This document shows, one piece after another, positions 16,377 to 25,990 of a stretch of 64,000 nt of DNA. The notes under the pieces are model-generated. The model was given only the letters and a program-made list of their open reading frames with translations, made no database searches and was not told the origin of the DNA. Both the position numbers and the translations under genes were made by a program. Each line of letters opens with the position of its first letter. Position 1 is the stretch's first letter. Source of the stretch: an uncultured Christensenella sp. (lineage in GTDB: Bacteria; Bacillota; Clostridia; Christensenellales; UBA1242); NCBI GenBank assembly GCA_964579205.1, contig CAZOFH010000002.1, positions 92,088 through 156,087 of the forward strand. The letters are read 5' to 3'.

Positions 16377-17816
16377 ATGTCAATTTCAAAAATCTTAAAC
16401 AATGCATTTTTTAAATTCGCCTGCGTGTTGACCATTGTTGCGTCAGTAGTGCTGCTGTTCGCAGGTTGTGGGCTCAGCAGGCTCTCTGACGGCCCTGCAG
16501 TTAGCGACGAGGTGACTGGCAACGGTAGTTTGGCGGTGACCAAGGGCGACTATCTGTACTTTGTCAACGGGTACAAAGGTGTGGCTGATGTCGCCGATAC
16601 CAACCATTATGGCAAGGTCGAGCAGGCTGCTATTTATCGCGTAAAATTGGATGCCGAGGGCAAGGTCACCGAAGACGCCAAGTACAATGACGACGGCGAA
16701 GTGATTTTTGACAAGACCAAAGCGCTCAAAGATTTGGAAATTTTGGTGCCTCAGGTCGCGGGTTTTGAATATACCAAGTTGTATATTTTCGGCGATTATT
16801 TGTACTATTCTACGCCCAACCATTTGCGTGACAAATCAGGCGAGATTATGTCAAAGTATATCAATATTTACCGCGTAAGGCTAGACCGCACAGGGGGTAA
16901 TGACCTAATGTACTCGACCGACAGCGAGAATGCTAGCGTAAATTGGTCGATGCACCAGATTGGCGATATCGCTTATATGACTGTCCTCGATGGTGAAAAA
17001 TTGGTAGTTGTTAGTCAAGACTTGGAGACCGCTGCCACTACTACCAAAGTGGTGGCTGAGGAGCACATCTCTTCTGCGACTTTGCCGACATATTGCTGCA
17101 GTACGGACACCGTGAGCGAAATCGACAAAAAGATTTATTTCACTGAGGAAAACCACGACGACGCTACTACTATCGTGCTAAAGAGTTTTGATTTGGCTAC
17201 CCAAGCTATCGCCGATGTTTTTACTAGTGCAGGCGAGCAGTACGAGGTAAAAGGGACTAGCGGTGGCAAGTTGTATTACACAAAGACTATCAGCACTCAG
17301 CCGGGTTTTTCTGCAAAGATTTTTGCATCTGATATGGTGAACCCTGCTGTCGAGGTCAGTGCGCAGGCGTATGGCAGTAGCGCAGATATTAGGTCATACG
17401 CACTCACCGGGCAGCAGTACGAGACGTCTATCCTTTATTCAGACGGCACAAATTCATATTACAAGCGCGCAGGTGAGACCGCTACAAAATTCTTGTCTAG
17501 CGACATTATTTCCAAAATTGTCAAGGTTCAGGGCGAGTATGTCTACTACCTCGACAGCAGTAGCCTTTACCGCGTAAAATACACTCAGACCAACACCTCG
17601 GGCGAGACGATGATCCCGTCTGGCGTTACTCCTAAGGGCGACATTGTCAACAACTTTAGTGTGGACGGTAGCAAAGTTTACTTCTTTGTGAAATACACTG
17701 ACAACTACTATATGCACTACGCAAACTATGATGCGACCGTTTCGGAAATCGACCAAAGTGTGTACACTCACTTTATCGGTAAACTCTTGGAGGCGGACTA
17801 CGTTTCCGAAGAATAA
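16377..17816 (+). CDS. putative lipoprotein with beta-propeller-like (DUF5050-like) repeats
   Basis: Signal peptide ending in the lipobox-like LFAGC. Recurrent aromatic strands YLYFVNG, YLYYST, KLYYTK, YVYYLD and KVYFFV. AAGGAG RBS. Confidence 0.65.
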   Translation: MSISKILNNAFFKFACVLTIVASVVLLFAGCGLSRLSDGPAVSDEVTGNGSLAVTKGDYLYFVNGYKGVADVADTNHYGKVEQAAIYRVKLDAEGKVTEDAKYNDDGEVIFDKTKALKDLEILVPQVAGFEYTKLYIFGDYLYYSTPNHLRDKSGEIMSKYINIYRVRLDRTGGNDLMYSTDSENASVNWSMHQIGDIAYMTVLDGEKLVVVSQDLETAATTTKVVAEEHISSATLPTYCCSTDTVSEIDKKIYFTEENHDDATTIVLKSFDLATQAIADVFTSAGEQYEVKGTSGGKLYYTKTISTQPGFSAKIFASDMVNPAVEVSAQAYGSSADIRSYALTGQQYETSILYSDGTNSYYKRAGETATKFLSSDIISKIVKVQGEYVYYLDSSSLYRVKYTQTNTSGETMIPSGVTPKGDIVNNFSVDGSKVYFFVKYTDNYYMHYANYDATVSEIDQSVYTHFIGKLLEADYVSEE

Positions 17817-17844
17817 TCACGCGTAAATCACGTGAGATAATAGC

Positions 17845-17873
17845 AAAAGGCGATATCCGCCTTTTCTTTTTTT
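17845..17873 (+). terminator. rho-independent terminator after the lipoprotein gene
   Basis: AAGGCG-ATATC-CGCCTT followed by TTCTTTTTTT. Confidence 0.7.
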
Positions 17874-17874
17874 G

Positions 17875-17903
17875 TCATATCGGGGAGAGTCTCAGCATAA
17901 AGT
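17875..17903 (+). promoter_or_regulatory. candidate mother-cell (sigmaE-type) promoter of spoIVA
   Basis: TCATATC (17875-17881), 14 nt, CATAAAGT (17896-17903), compared with the sigmaE consensus kmATATT-N14-CATACAmT. spoIVA is sigmaE-dependent in model spore formers. Confidence 0.4.
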
Positions 17904-17936
17904 AGGGGTAACAAATCGTTTTAAGGAGCAGAGAGA

Positions 17937-19418
17937 ATGAACCCTTACAATATCTATAATGACATTGCGACGCGGACAAACGGTGATTTGTATGTTGGGG
18001 TGGTGGGTCCCGTGAGAGTGGGCAAGTCTACCTTTATCACCAAATTTACTGAGCAGTTTATCTTGCCGAATATCAGTAGCGATAATATGCGGGCGTGCGC
18101 ATTGGACGAGTTGCCGCAAAGCGCCGACGGCAATACCATTATGACCACTCAGCCAAAATTCGTCCCAGCAGAGGCGGTGCGCGTGGATTTGGGGAATAAT
18201 GTGGCAGCGAATGTCCGTCTCATCGACTGTGTAGGTTACCTCGTAGCAGGAGCGCAAGGGCATCTCGAGGGCGGCAAAGCGCGTATGGTGCAGACTCCGT
18301 GGGGGACTGAGCCAATGACTTTTGAAGAAGCTGCCGAAATCGGCACTCGCAAAGTCGTCACCGAGCATAGCACGGTAGCAGTGTTGCTCACTTCTGACGG
18401 GAGTTTCGGCGAAATCGAGTGCGCTAGTTATGCCCCTGCGGTAGACAAATTGGTGACCGAACTCCGACAGCACAACAAGCCTTTTGTCATAGTGGTAAAC
18501 TCCACTCATCCCGCCGCTTCCGAGACGCTCGCCCTTGTGTCGCAAATGGAACAAAAATACTCGGTCAGTGCAGTGGCTATCAATGCAAAAGAACTCAATT
18601 CATCCGACGTCTTGACCATTTTTGACAAAATCCTGCAGGAGTTTCCGTTCGTGGGTATCGAGGTCAATATGCCGCAGTGGCTCACAGCGCTGCCATTCGA
18701 TGACCCGATAATCGCCGAAATCGTCCGCGAAATTGAGCGCGTGGGCAGGGATGTGACCAAAATCGGCGACTTTGACAAGGGGAGCATTCTGTTTGAGGAG
18801 AGCGAGCATTTTGAGCCGACCGTGCTCAGTAATATCGAAATGGGAGAGGGCAAAATCTTGTATTCGCTCGTGCCCAAAGAGGGGTTGTTTTACCGCGTGC
18901 TGAGTGCTCAGTGCGGGATGACCATCGGTAGCGACTTTGAATTGATTGCCCAGATAAAATCGCTCGCCACCGCAAAACTAAAATACGACAAATTGGCTAC
19001 CGCTCTCGAGTCTGTAGCGCAAACTGGCTATGGCGTGGTGCAGCCGTCTGTCGACGAGTTGCAACTGGATGCGCCCGAGGTCATCAAGCAGGGGGCGAAC
19101 CGTTACGGTGTCAAAATCCACGCCACCGCGCCGAGTCTGCATATTATGCGCGTAGACCTTGAGACCGAGATTAGCCCGCTCGTCGGCACCCAAGAGCAGT
19201 CGCAAGACTTGGTGCAATTCTTGAGTACCGAGGCGGAGACCAACCCCGCGGGGATTTGGCAGACGAATATGTTCGGCAAAACTATTCATCAGTTGATGAG
19301 CGAGGGGATTAGTAGCAAAATCAATACTATGCCCGTCGAGGCACAAAAGAAAATGCGAAAAGCCCTCACACGAATTGTCAATGAGGGTAAGGGGGGCATC
19401 ATCTGCATTCTACTATAG
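17937..19418 (+). CDS. spoIVA: stage IV sporulation protein A (coat-basement ATPase)
   Basis: 493 aa with N-terminal Walker A VGVVGPVRVGKSTFITKF and the conserved C-terminus ...GKGGIICILL. Confidence 0.9.
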   Translation: MNPYNIYNDIATRTNGDLYVGVVGPVRVGKSTFITKFTEQFILPNISSDNMRACALDELPQSADGNTIMTTQPKFVPAEAVRVDLGNNVAANVRLIDCVGYLVAGAQGHLEGGKARMVQTPWGTEPMTFEEAAEIGTRKVVTEHSTVAVLLTSDGSFGEIECASYAPAVDKLVTELRQHNKPFVIVVNSTHPAASETLALVSQMEQKYSVSAVAINAKELNSSDVLTIFDKILQEFPFVGIEVNMPQWLTALPFDDPIIAEIVREIERVGRDVTKIGDFDKGSILFEESEHFEPTVLSNIEMGEGKILYSLVPKEGLFYRVLSAQCGMTIGSDFELIAQIKSLATAKLKYDKLATALESVAQTGYGVVQPSVDELQLDAPEVIKQGANRYGVKIHATAPSLHIMRVDLETEISPLVGTQEQSQDLVQFLSTEAETNPAGIWQTNMFGKTIHQLMSEGISSKINTMPVEAQKKMRKALTRIVNEGKGGIICILL

Positions 19419-19551
19419 CCTCTGCGTGTGCGCTCGGTTTGACTTTATTCAGTTATTCTTGACAAAAAAATGTTGCGATTGGCAGCATTTTATTTGCTAT
19501 TATTGCACATAATATTTTGCAAATGAATAAATTTATTTTATCGTCAAAAAG

Positions 19552-19580
19552 TTGACAGGTTTTTTGGACTATGGTATAAT
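19552..19580 (+). promoter_or_regulatory. strong sigmaA-type promoter for the large surface protein gene
   Basis: TTGACA (19552-19557), 17 nt, TATAAT (19575-19580) with a TG extension (tgGTATAAT). Confidence 0.65.
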
Positions 19581-19642
19581 CATCGCTATGATGAATTAGT
19601 TCCAAATTTATCAAAATTTTCAAAAAAGGAGAGATGATTTTT

Positions 19643-22600
19643 ATGTTAAAAATTAACAAAAAGTTGTTGTTCCTTCCTTTGATAATATGCCTACTATTGG
19701 TTGTCTTTTGTACTTTTGGTTTTGCTGGTTGTAGCGCTAGCAAGGTCACTATTACATTAAATGCCAATGGTGGTTATTTTGTTGTCGATGGAGAGAATGT
19801 GACGACTTACACGATCGAGCTCGATGCGGGGCAGACTGTCGATCCGAGCGACTTGCCGAACCCTCGCAGAGACCCGACCAACACCACTGAGTACGTTTAC
19901 GACGGCTGGTCGTACAACTTTGACACTGCCGTGACTCAAGATATCACGGTCAACGTCGAGTGGCAAGAGAATGTCAGAATGTACACGGTTACTTTTGACG
20001 CAAACGGTGGATTGTACACCCATTTGCCTACTGGCAACACCGCTACTGTGACGGCTCAGTACACCTACAACGCTAATATTACTGCGCCTAGCGACCCTGT
20101 CAAGGCTTCTGACGGCACGTACAATTACGCATTCGCAGGCTACACACCTGTAGTTAATAACAAGGCTACTCAGAGCGTGACTTATGTCGCTCAATGGACG
20201 CCTACCGCTATAGACTACACTTTGATTTTTAATGCCAACGGTGGTAAGATCAACAATGGTTCGACCGACTTGGAGTATTATCAAGTGAATAATGCTCGCT
20301 ATGGGGCTCAGATTGCGTTGCCTGCTGGATATAATGTCAAGGCACCAGAGTCTACCGCGTCCCAAGACTATGTCTTTGCGGGCTGGTACACTGCTCCAAA
20401 CGGAGGGCAAAAGGTAACTACTGTCTCAGGTAACAATACCGTTTACGCACAGTGGACTACCAAAACCAGAAAATACACGGTGACTTTTGACGCAGGTACA
20501 GGTAAATTCGCCGATGGCTCACAGACCAAGTCTTTCTCATTGGATTATGGCGTGACTATCGTAGAGCCTAGTCAACAGCCTAGTATGCAGCAGGACAATA
20601 CTACAGTCTACACTTTCGCAGGCTTCGGCGTCCCTGCTAATACTACTGTTAGTGAGGATGTGACCTATGTCGCTAGTTATACCACTGCGACTAGGTACTA
20701 TTCTGTGACATTCCACGCCGGTGAGGGTGCATATTTTGACAATCCTGCCACTACTACAAAAGTTGTCACAGGGCTAACATTTGAGCAGGCGATTACACAG
20801 CCTGCTATTGAACCGACCAAGACTGCTACCACCAGTTCTACCTTTACTTTCTCTGGATATAATGCCAATTTTGTCTCAGGGACTACAGAGGTGACTGGAG
20901 ACGGTATGGAGTTTACAGCGCAGTATAACGAGACCCCTAGGATATATGTTGTAGTATTTTACGCTGGTGCAGATGCACACTTTGATATCGAAGGCAATCC
21001 TAGTCAGTACTCTATAAACCTTGCGTATGGTGCTAATATCAAGAGTGGCATAAGCGATATCCCTACACCTGTCAAGGATTCTACCGCAGCATACACCTAT
21101 GAGTTCGCTGCTTACCTAAACTTGACCGACACCGCTACAGTGACGGGCGAGAATATGACTTATACCGCAAGTTATACTCAGAGCGACAGATACTACACTG
21201 TGACATTTGATGCTAACGGCGGTGAATTCGCAAATGGCGAAGGTACTGTTACTCAGAGCGTAAAGTATAACGAGCACGCAGATTTGAGTGAGAGTGCTGT
21301 AGAGAGGCCTACCAAGGCATCTAGTGATTGCTACACTTACTCATTTATGGAATGGAGTACTGAGAGTATTGGTGCTGGTACCATTATGTCCCCAGTTACA
21401 GACGATACTACTTATTATGCTCGTTATGAGGCTAGCACAAGGACATACACAGCCACTTTTGTAGATAGCAATGGAAAGGTTATCTATGAGACTACTTACA
21501 AAGCAAGCCCTTTTGGCGCGCCAAAGTTAAGTGAAGATCAAATGGCAGCATTAAACACTGCTTATGAGGATGCCGGTTTGAATGTTAGAGATGAATATGG
21601 CTTTATTGGGCGTTGGGATTTCACTTTGCTAAACGCAAACACCTCTTGCTATGTTAACGGCGAATACTCTGTTTACAAATTTGGTGACGGTTCTGCACAA
21701 AAGCCTTACCTGATTGACGGACTAGATGCTTTCGGCGGAATGTTCAAGAAATTGAGCGAGTTCTACAGCAATTACACCGCCGCAACTAACGAGTCTGAAA
21801 AAACTATTCGATACAATAACGCAAAACGCACAAATTACAAGATGATTGCTGATGTCGACTTTACTGGCTACAATACTTTGTCTGAAGACAAAAAGGTTAG
21901 TCCTTGGTTTATCGGTACATTGAGTGCATCAAAAGGCAACAATTCGCATTACGCAATCAAGGGGTTGAAACCTGAATATTTCCCTGCTACTTGGGGCGCA
22001 ATGTTTAATGAGATTCGTGATGCTACTGTTCGAGAATTGGATATTATCCTTGGGGCAGACTTGGTAAGTTTCGCAAGTATCGCTTGTGGTGATAGAGTTG
22101 ACTTTATCGGTGTTGACATTCGCAATGCAGAAGAGGGTGCTTCGACATTCATTTCAAAGGATGATAACAACGAAAGCGCTTACTTGGTACACACCACCGC
22201 AAAAACCACCTCATTTGAGAGATGTGTAAACTACGCAAACTACACTTCAGAAGCAAGTTACTTTGGTATTTTCATCGGTGGTTATTCAGACGGTAGCGCG
22301 GATTACTCATCGAAACTGGAGTTCGAAGGGTGTGAAAACAGAGGTAACGTCGTATCTAGCGATTATGTAGGTATACTGACTGGTAACCCTGCACGCCGTA
22401 ACTTTAAGTCGGATTTTAGCACTGTTTTAATTGGAGAGTGTTACAACTACGGTAATATTGCCGCTCGTGGAGTAGGTGGTTTTGTAGGCTTCTCATCTAC
22501 ATCTCCATCAGGCGTAAGCGCTGAGATGAAGACTGTGTTGGATGCTATGGTTGAGAACAAAGACGGTGGTACTATGACCACATTGACAGCACTCAATGCT

Positions 22601-24145
22601 ACACTCGCTACTACCAAGACTGGTGACGCTAATGAGACTGACCAAATTGTCTTGACTGCAAGGTCAGGCAACCTTGCCGCAGGTAAGTACGTTCTGACAG
22701 TAGTAGCATATGCAAAGAATGCCAATAGTACTGTTCGTGTAAACTACTCGTTCACAAAAGAATTGGCTGCAGCTGATGCGGCTACAAACTCAATAAGTTT
22801 CGGTAGCCAATACGACTTTATCGACAAGAATTCATACGCTGCGTACACTGGTCTGACTCTGCCTGCCGAGTTGACTTGGACAAAAATGACTGGTTACAAC
22901 ATCAAATACTTGTTTGATGACGCAAACAAATTGATTGTGTTTGACTTCGCTGACTATGTTGAGACCGATTACACACTAAACCCAGAAGCCCAGAGTACCG
23001 CTTATGTGACTTACTACAATGGCGAGAATATCTTGAGCGCTTCAAGCACTTATGCCATGGCTTCAAACCACGCAACAGTTACTACCCAACAGACATTTTA
23101 CAGTGCATTGACTGCTCAAAAGTCATACATTGCATTGGGTAATGACATCGAGTTGAGTAATGTGAATGTGGTGGTAGACGGTGCGTTCGCTGTAATCAAT
23201 TATAACCTAAATCTTAACCTAAACGGTCACTATTTGGATGCAACTGCTGCGATTACCCGCGTGTTCGTGGTGGACGGTAGCGCTAATATGGTTGTCTACA
23301 CCACTGCTCCTGCTACATCTGCAGGCACGACCGAGAGTTATTCGCTCGAAAAAGAGGACACTGGCGAAAGCAAGACACGTGAGCCATCTGAGGGGCCTGT
23401 AAAGGGTACGCCTGGTTCTAGTTCACCTACCACTACCATCACCTCTATTACCGTCCTTGACGCTCGCAACTTGCTTAGGGCTAATGGTTACGCTTTCCGA
23501 GTGCAAAATGGTGGTAACTTGAGCATCCTCGAGGGCGTGACAGTTTGCAGTACGAATAACTTTACCATTTTCGTAAAAGGTACTGGGAATGCTGACAATA
23601 GTTCATCACTTTGTGTGAGTGGTACGGTAGACTGTCAAAGCACGCTTCACGCTGCTATCTCAGGTAATGGTATCGGAAACTTGGGTGGTATCAATATTAG
23701 TATCAACGGTGGTACTGTTACCTCAAAAGAAGCCGCTATCTATATGCCTAGCAGCGGTACTTTGACCGTCAGTGGCAATGCTACCATCTCTGGTACTACC
23801 GCTATCTATATTAAGGCTGGTACCGTTAATCTAAACGATGGCACGATTTCATCGACTCACACTGGCAACAAAATTGATTATGTATACAGCAATGACGGTT
23901 ACAATGTGACTGGTGACGCAATCGTGGTAGATAGTTGCGGTTACCCTGACAGCCCTGCGACTGTGACAATCTCTAATGATGTCGCAATCGAGGCAAGTGG
24001 CACAAACTGTGCAAAAGTTGCCCACTACAAAAAGACTCCTATTGTAGACGCCAAGGTCGCAATTATTACTACAACTAAGGATGATTATACTCCTGTTGTG
24101 TATGTTGATGGGGTGTTGCAAACAACTACCACAACTGATGAATAA
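19643..24145 (+). CDS. large surface lipoprotein: 8 Listeria-Bacteroides-type repeats plus a C-terminal beta-helix-like region
   Basis: Signal peptide with FAGC lipobox. Repeat starts: ITLNANGGYF, YTVTFDANGGLY, YTLIFNANGGKI, YTVTFDAGTGKF, YSVTFHAGEGAY, YVVVFYAGADAH, YTVTFDANGGEF and YTATFVDSNGKV. The C-terminal third has G/N/T/S-rich turns (GNATISGTTAIYIKAGTVNLNDGTISS). Start is either ATG 19643 (GGAGAG 10 nt upstream) or 19634. Confidence 0.85.
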   Translation: MLKINKKLLFLPLIICLLLVVFCTFGFAGCSASKVTITLNANGGYFVVDGENVTTYTIELDAGQTVDPSDLPNPRRDPTNTTEYVYDGWSYNFDTAVTQDITVNVEWQENVRMYTVTFDANGGLYTHLPTGNTATVTAQYTYNANITAPSDPVKASDGTYNYAFAGYTPVVNNKATQSVTYVAQWTPTAIDYTLIFNANGGKINNGSTDLEYYQVNNARYGAQIALPAGYNVKAPESTASQDYVFAGWYTAPNGGQKVTTVSGNNTVYAQWTTKTRKYTVTFDAGTGKFADGSQTKSFSLDYGVTIVEPSQQPSMQQDNTTVYTFAGFGVPANTTVSEDVTYVASYTTATRYYSVTFHAGEGAYFDNPATTTKVVTGLTFEQAITQPAIEPTKTATTSSTFTFSGYNANFVSGTTEVTGDGMEFTAQYNETPRIYVVVFYAGADAHFDIEGNPSQYSINLAYGANIKSGISDIPTPVKDSTAAYTYEFAAYLNLTDTATVTGENMTYTASYTQSDRYYTVTFDANGGEFANGEGTVTQSVKYNEHADLSESAVERPTKASSDCYTYSFMEWSTESIGAGTIMSPVTDDTTYYARYEASTRTYTATFVDSNGKVIYETTYKASPFGAPKLSEDQMAALNTAYEDAGLNVRDEYGFIGRWDFTLLNANTSCYVNGEYSVYKFGDGSAQKPYLIDGLDAFGGMFKKLSEFYSNYTAATNESEKTIRYNNAKRTNYKMIADVDFTGYNTLSEDKKVSPWFIGTLSASKGNNSHYAIKGLKPEYFPATWGAMFNEIRDATVRELDIILGADLVSFASIACGDRVDFIGVDIRNAEEGASTFISKDDNNESAYLVHTTAKTTSFERCVNYANYTSEASYFGIFIGGYSDGSADYSSKLEFEGCENRGNVVSSDYVGILTGNPARRNFKSDFSTVLIGECYNYGNIAARGVGGFVGFSSTSPSGVSAEMKTVLDAMVENKDGGTMTTLTALNATLATTKTGDANETDQIVLTARSGNLAAGKYVLTVVAYAKNANSTVRVNYSFTKELAAADAATNSISFGSQYDFIDKNSYAAYTGLTLPAELTWTKMTGYNIKYLFDDANKLIVFDFADYVETDYTLNPEAQSTAYVTYYNGENILSASSTYAMASNHATVTTQQTFYSALTAQKSYIALGNDIELSNVNVVVDGAFAVINYNLNLNLNGHYLDATAAITRVFVVDGSANMVVYTTAPATSAGTTESYSLEKEDTGESKTREPSEGPVKGTPGSSSPTTTITSITVLDARNLLRANGYAFRVQNGGNLSILEGVTVCSTNNFTIFVKGTGNADNSSSLCVSGTVDCQSTLHAAISGNGIGNLGGINISINGGTVTSKEAAIYMPSSGTLTVSGNATISGTTAIYIKAGTVNLNDGTISSTHTGNKIDYVYSNDGYNVTGDAIVVDSCGYPDSPATVTISNDVAIEASGTNCAKVAHYKKTPIVDAKVAIITTTKDDYTPVVYVDGVLQTTTTTDE

Positions 24146-24264
24146 TCTCCTTATTTCCGCAGTACGCACATAATCTTATTCAGGTGTCGTTGGGGACTCC
24201 AACCGCAATGCCGCCTACATAAGACTAGTATCTGCGCTCGCCCTAGCGAAGGGGGATAGGAGAT

Positions 24265-24302
24265 AAACGCAAAAAACGACCGTAAGGTCGTTTTTTGCGT
24301 TT
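24265..24302. terminator. bidirectional rho-independent terminator
   Basis: AAACGCAAAAAACGACC-GTAA-GGTCGTTTTTTGCGTTT, a 17-bp stem flanked by A and T runs. Confidence 0.8.
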
Positions 24303-24396
24303 AATAATCGTGGCAGCATCGCGCTCCACGCTGCCACAGTTTTTACATAGCGCCAAGAGATAAGCAAAAACTCTCATTGATTATCAGCACGCCTAT

Positions 24397-24425
24397 GCAC
24401 ATTTGACTGCCTTAAAACATACAAT
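24397..24425 (+). promoter_or_regulatory. candidate mother-cell (sigmaE/sigmaK-type) promoter
   Basis: CATACAAT (24418-24425) matches both the sigmaE -10 (CATACAmT) and the sigmaK -10 (CATAnnnTA). GCACATTT lies 14 nt upstream. The promoter is 35 nt ahead of the 24460 start. Confidence 0.35.
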
Positions 24426-24459
24426 AATAGTGTACGGGCAAGTCTTATGGAGGTTAAAA

Positions 24460-25122
24460 ATGTCTTTCTTTTCTGGACTTAGGACAGAGCAGATACCGGG
24501 ACCGATTACCGACAACCCAATGCGCGGCTTGTGCGAAAAAGTGTGTATTCAGGTGAAAAAAGTCTTTGACGCGTGCCTCAAACAGCAGCACGTGACCGAC
24601 ACTCAGGTGCAACTCAACTCTTTCACCCCTGCGAACCCCACTTTCCCGCTGACATTCGTGTCAGGGCAGTCTAGCCTGACGAGTCGCCCCACACTATCAA
24701 ACCTTAGTGTGACGCGATTTACCGACAGGCCAAATTTCGCTCACGTGTCTGCGATAGCGAATATTCCGATTGAAGTGGTTTATACCGATGCCGACGGCAA
24801 ACAAGGCGTGGCGAGTGGCGTGATTTCGCTGCCCCAAGACGTGGTGCTATTCCTGCCTCAGGCGTCCATTGTCCCTTATCAAGTCGAACTAGTCGCCAGC
24901 GCGATTATCGCACAAGGGACATTTGATAATAGCATCATTACTCTCGAAGGGTGTGTGATGATGATTATCAAAATCGTGGCAGAGACCGAACTCTTGATAC
25001 CTAGTTATGGATACTGCCACATTCCGCAATGTCAGGAATTTTCTACCAACGTGTGCCAAGGATTTTTTGAAATGCCGTTGTTTCCGTCGACCACTCCAAT
25101 CAATCCAGCAGACCAAAACTAA
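24460..25122 (+). CDS. Cys-containing protein of unknown function (possible spore-coat component)
   Basis: 220 aa starting MSFFSGLRTEQ behind GGAGG, with 8 Cys (for example LCEKVCIQVKKVFDAC, YGYCHIPQCQEFSTNVC). No TM segment or signal peptide. The coat assignment rests only on the promoter type and the neighbourhood. Confidence 0.55.
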   Translation: MSFFSGLRTEQIPGPITDNPMRGLCEKVCIQVKKVFDACLKQQHVTDTQVQLNSFTPANPTFPLTFVSGQSSLTSRPTLSNLSVTRFTDRPNFAHVSAIANIPIEVVYTDADGKQGVASGVISLPQDVVLFLPQASIVPYQVELVASAIIAQGTFDNSIITLEGCVMMIIKIVAETELLIPSYGYCHIPQCQEFSTNVCQGFFEMPLFPSTTPINPADQN

Positions 25123-25152
25123 TGACCATAAGATTTATCTCTACGACAAAAG

Positions 25153-25187
25153 TAGCCCAGAACCGACAAGTTTTGGGCTATTTTTTT
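25153..25187 (+). terminator. rho-independent terminator
   Basis: TAGCCCA...TGGGCTA followed by T7. Confidence 0.7.
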
Positions 25188-25261
25188 GTTAAAATAAACA
25201 AAATCCACAAAAACACTTGCAAAACGCTGCAAAACATTATAAAATTAACCTGAGGTAATAT

Positions 25262-25990
25262 ATGAAAATTTTTGCGATAGGAGATTTGCACTTGTCTACC
25301 GCGGTGGACAAGCCAATGGACATTTTTGGACCGGGGTGGGAGAACCACTTTGAGCGCATACAGACAGACTGGCTAGCCAAGGTCACCGACAATGATTTGG
25401 TGCTGGTGCCAGGGGATATTAGTTGGGGGATGTATGCCCAAGAGGCAAAGCCCGACCTTGATTTGGTCTCTCGACTGCCGGGCAAGATTATTTTTACACG
25501 CGGCAACCACGATTATTGGTGGAAGTCTATTTCTGCCGTCCGCGCCTTGCTAAATGAGGGGCGCTATGCTCTCCAAAATGACGCTATCCGCTTTGACGGA
25601 GTGGTGATTTGCGGCACTCGTGGCTGGGCTGTGCCCGAGGTGGAGGGCAAGTTTAAGGATGCCGAGGACGAAAAGATTTTCAAACGTGAGGTCATCAGGC
25701 TCGAGTTGGCTCTCAAGGATATGCAGAGGCTGCGCGAGGCGGGGGACAAGGCGATCGTGATGATACACTATCCGCCCTTTAATGCAAAGATGCTGCCGTC
25801 TGAGTTTACTCGTCTGTGTGAAAAATACAACGTTGATTATGTGGTCTACGGGCATCTCCATGGCAAAAACTGCCGCTGCAAATTGCGTATGGTGCAGAAT
25901 GGCGTGGAGTACTTTTTGACCAGTTGCGATCAGGTCAACTGTTCGCTAGTGCCGATTTGTGAGGTCGGAGGTGCAGAAAATGGAGTTTAA
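25262..25990 (+). CDS. metallophosphoesterase-family protein
   Basis: Calcineurin-like motifs IGDLHLS, GDISWG, GNHDYWW and YGHLHG. Confidence 0.8.
   Translation: MKIFAIGDLHLSTAVDKPMDIFGPGWENHFERIQTDWLAKVTDNDLVLVPGDISWGMYAQEAKPDLDLVSRLPGKIIFTRGNHDYWWKSISAVRALLNEGRYALQNDAIRFDGVVICGTRGWAVPEVEGKFKDAEDEKIFKREVIRLELALKDMQRLREAGDKAIVMIHYPPFNAKMLPSEFTRLCEKYNVDYVVYGHLHGKNCRCKLRMVQNGVEYFLTSCDQVNCSLVPICEVGGAENGV

Noticed and set aside
17892-18554. 220-aa minus-strand ORF.
   Set aside because: It lies entirely antisense to spoIVA, which has unmistakable homology. It has no RBS and its composition looks like nonsense.
19757-20410. 217-aa minus-strand ORF.
   Set aside because: It is an antisense shadow inside the 1501-aa surface protein gene.
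24150-24262. The GC-richer stretch after the large surface-protein gene as another member of the repeat family.
   Set aside because: It has only weak 4-bp hairpins, and I could find none of the shared boxes. It is left unassigned.
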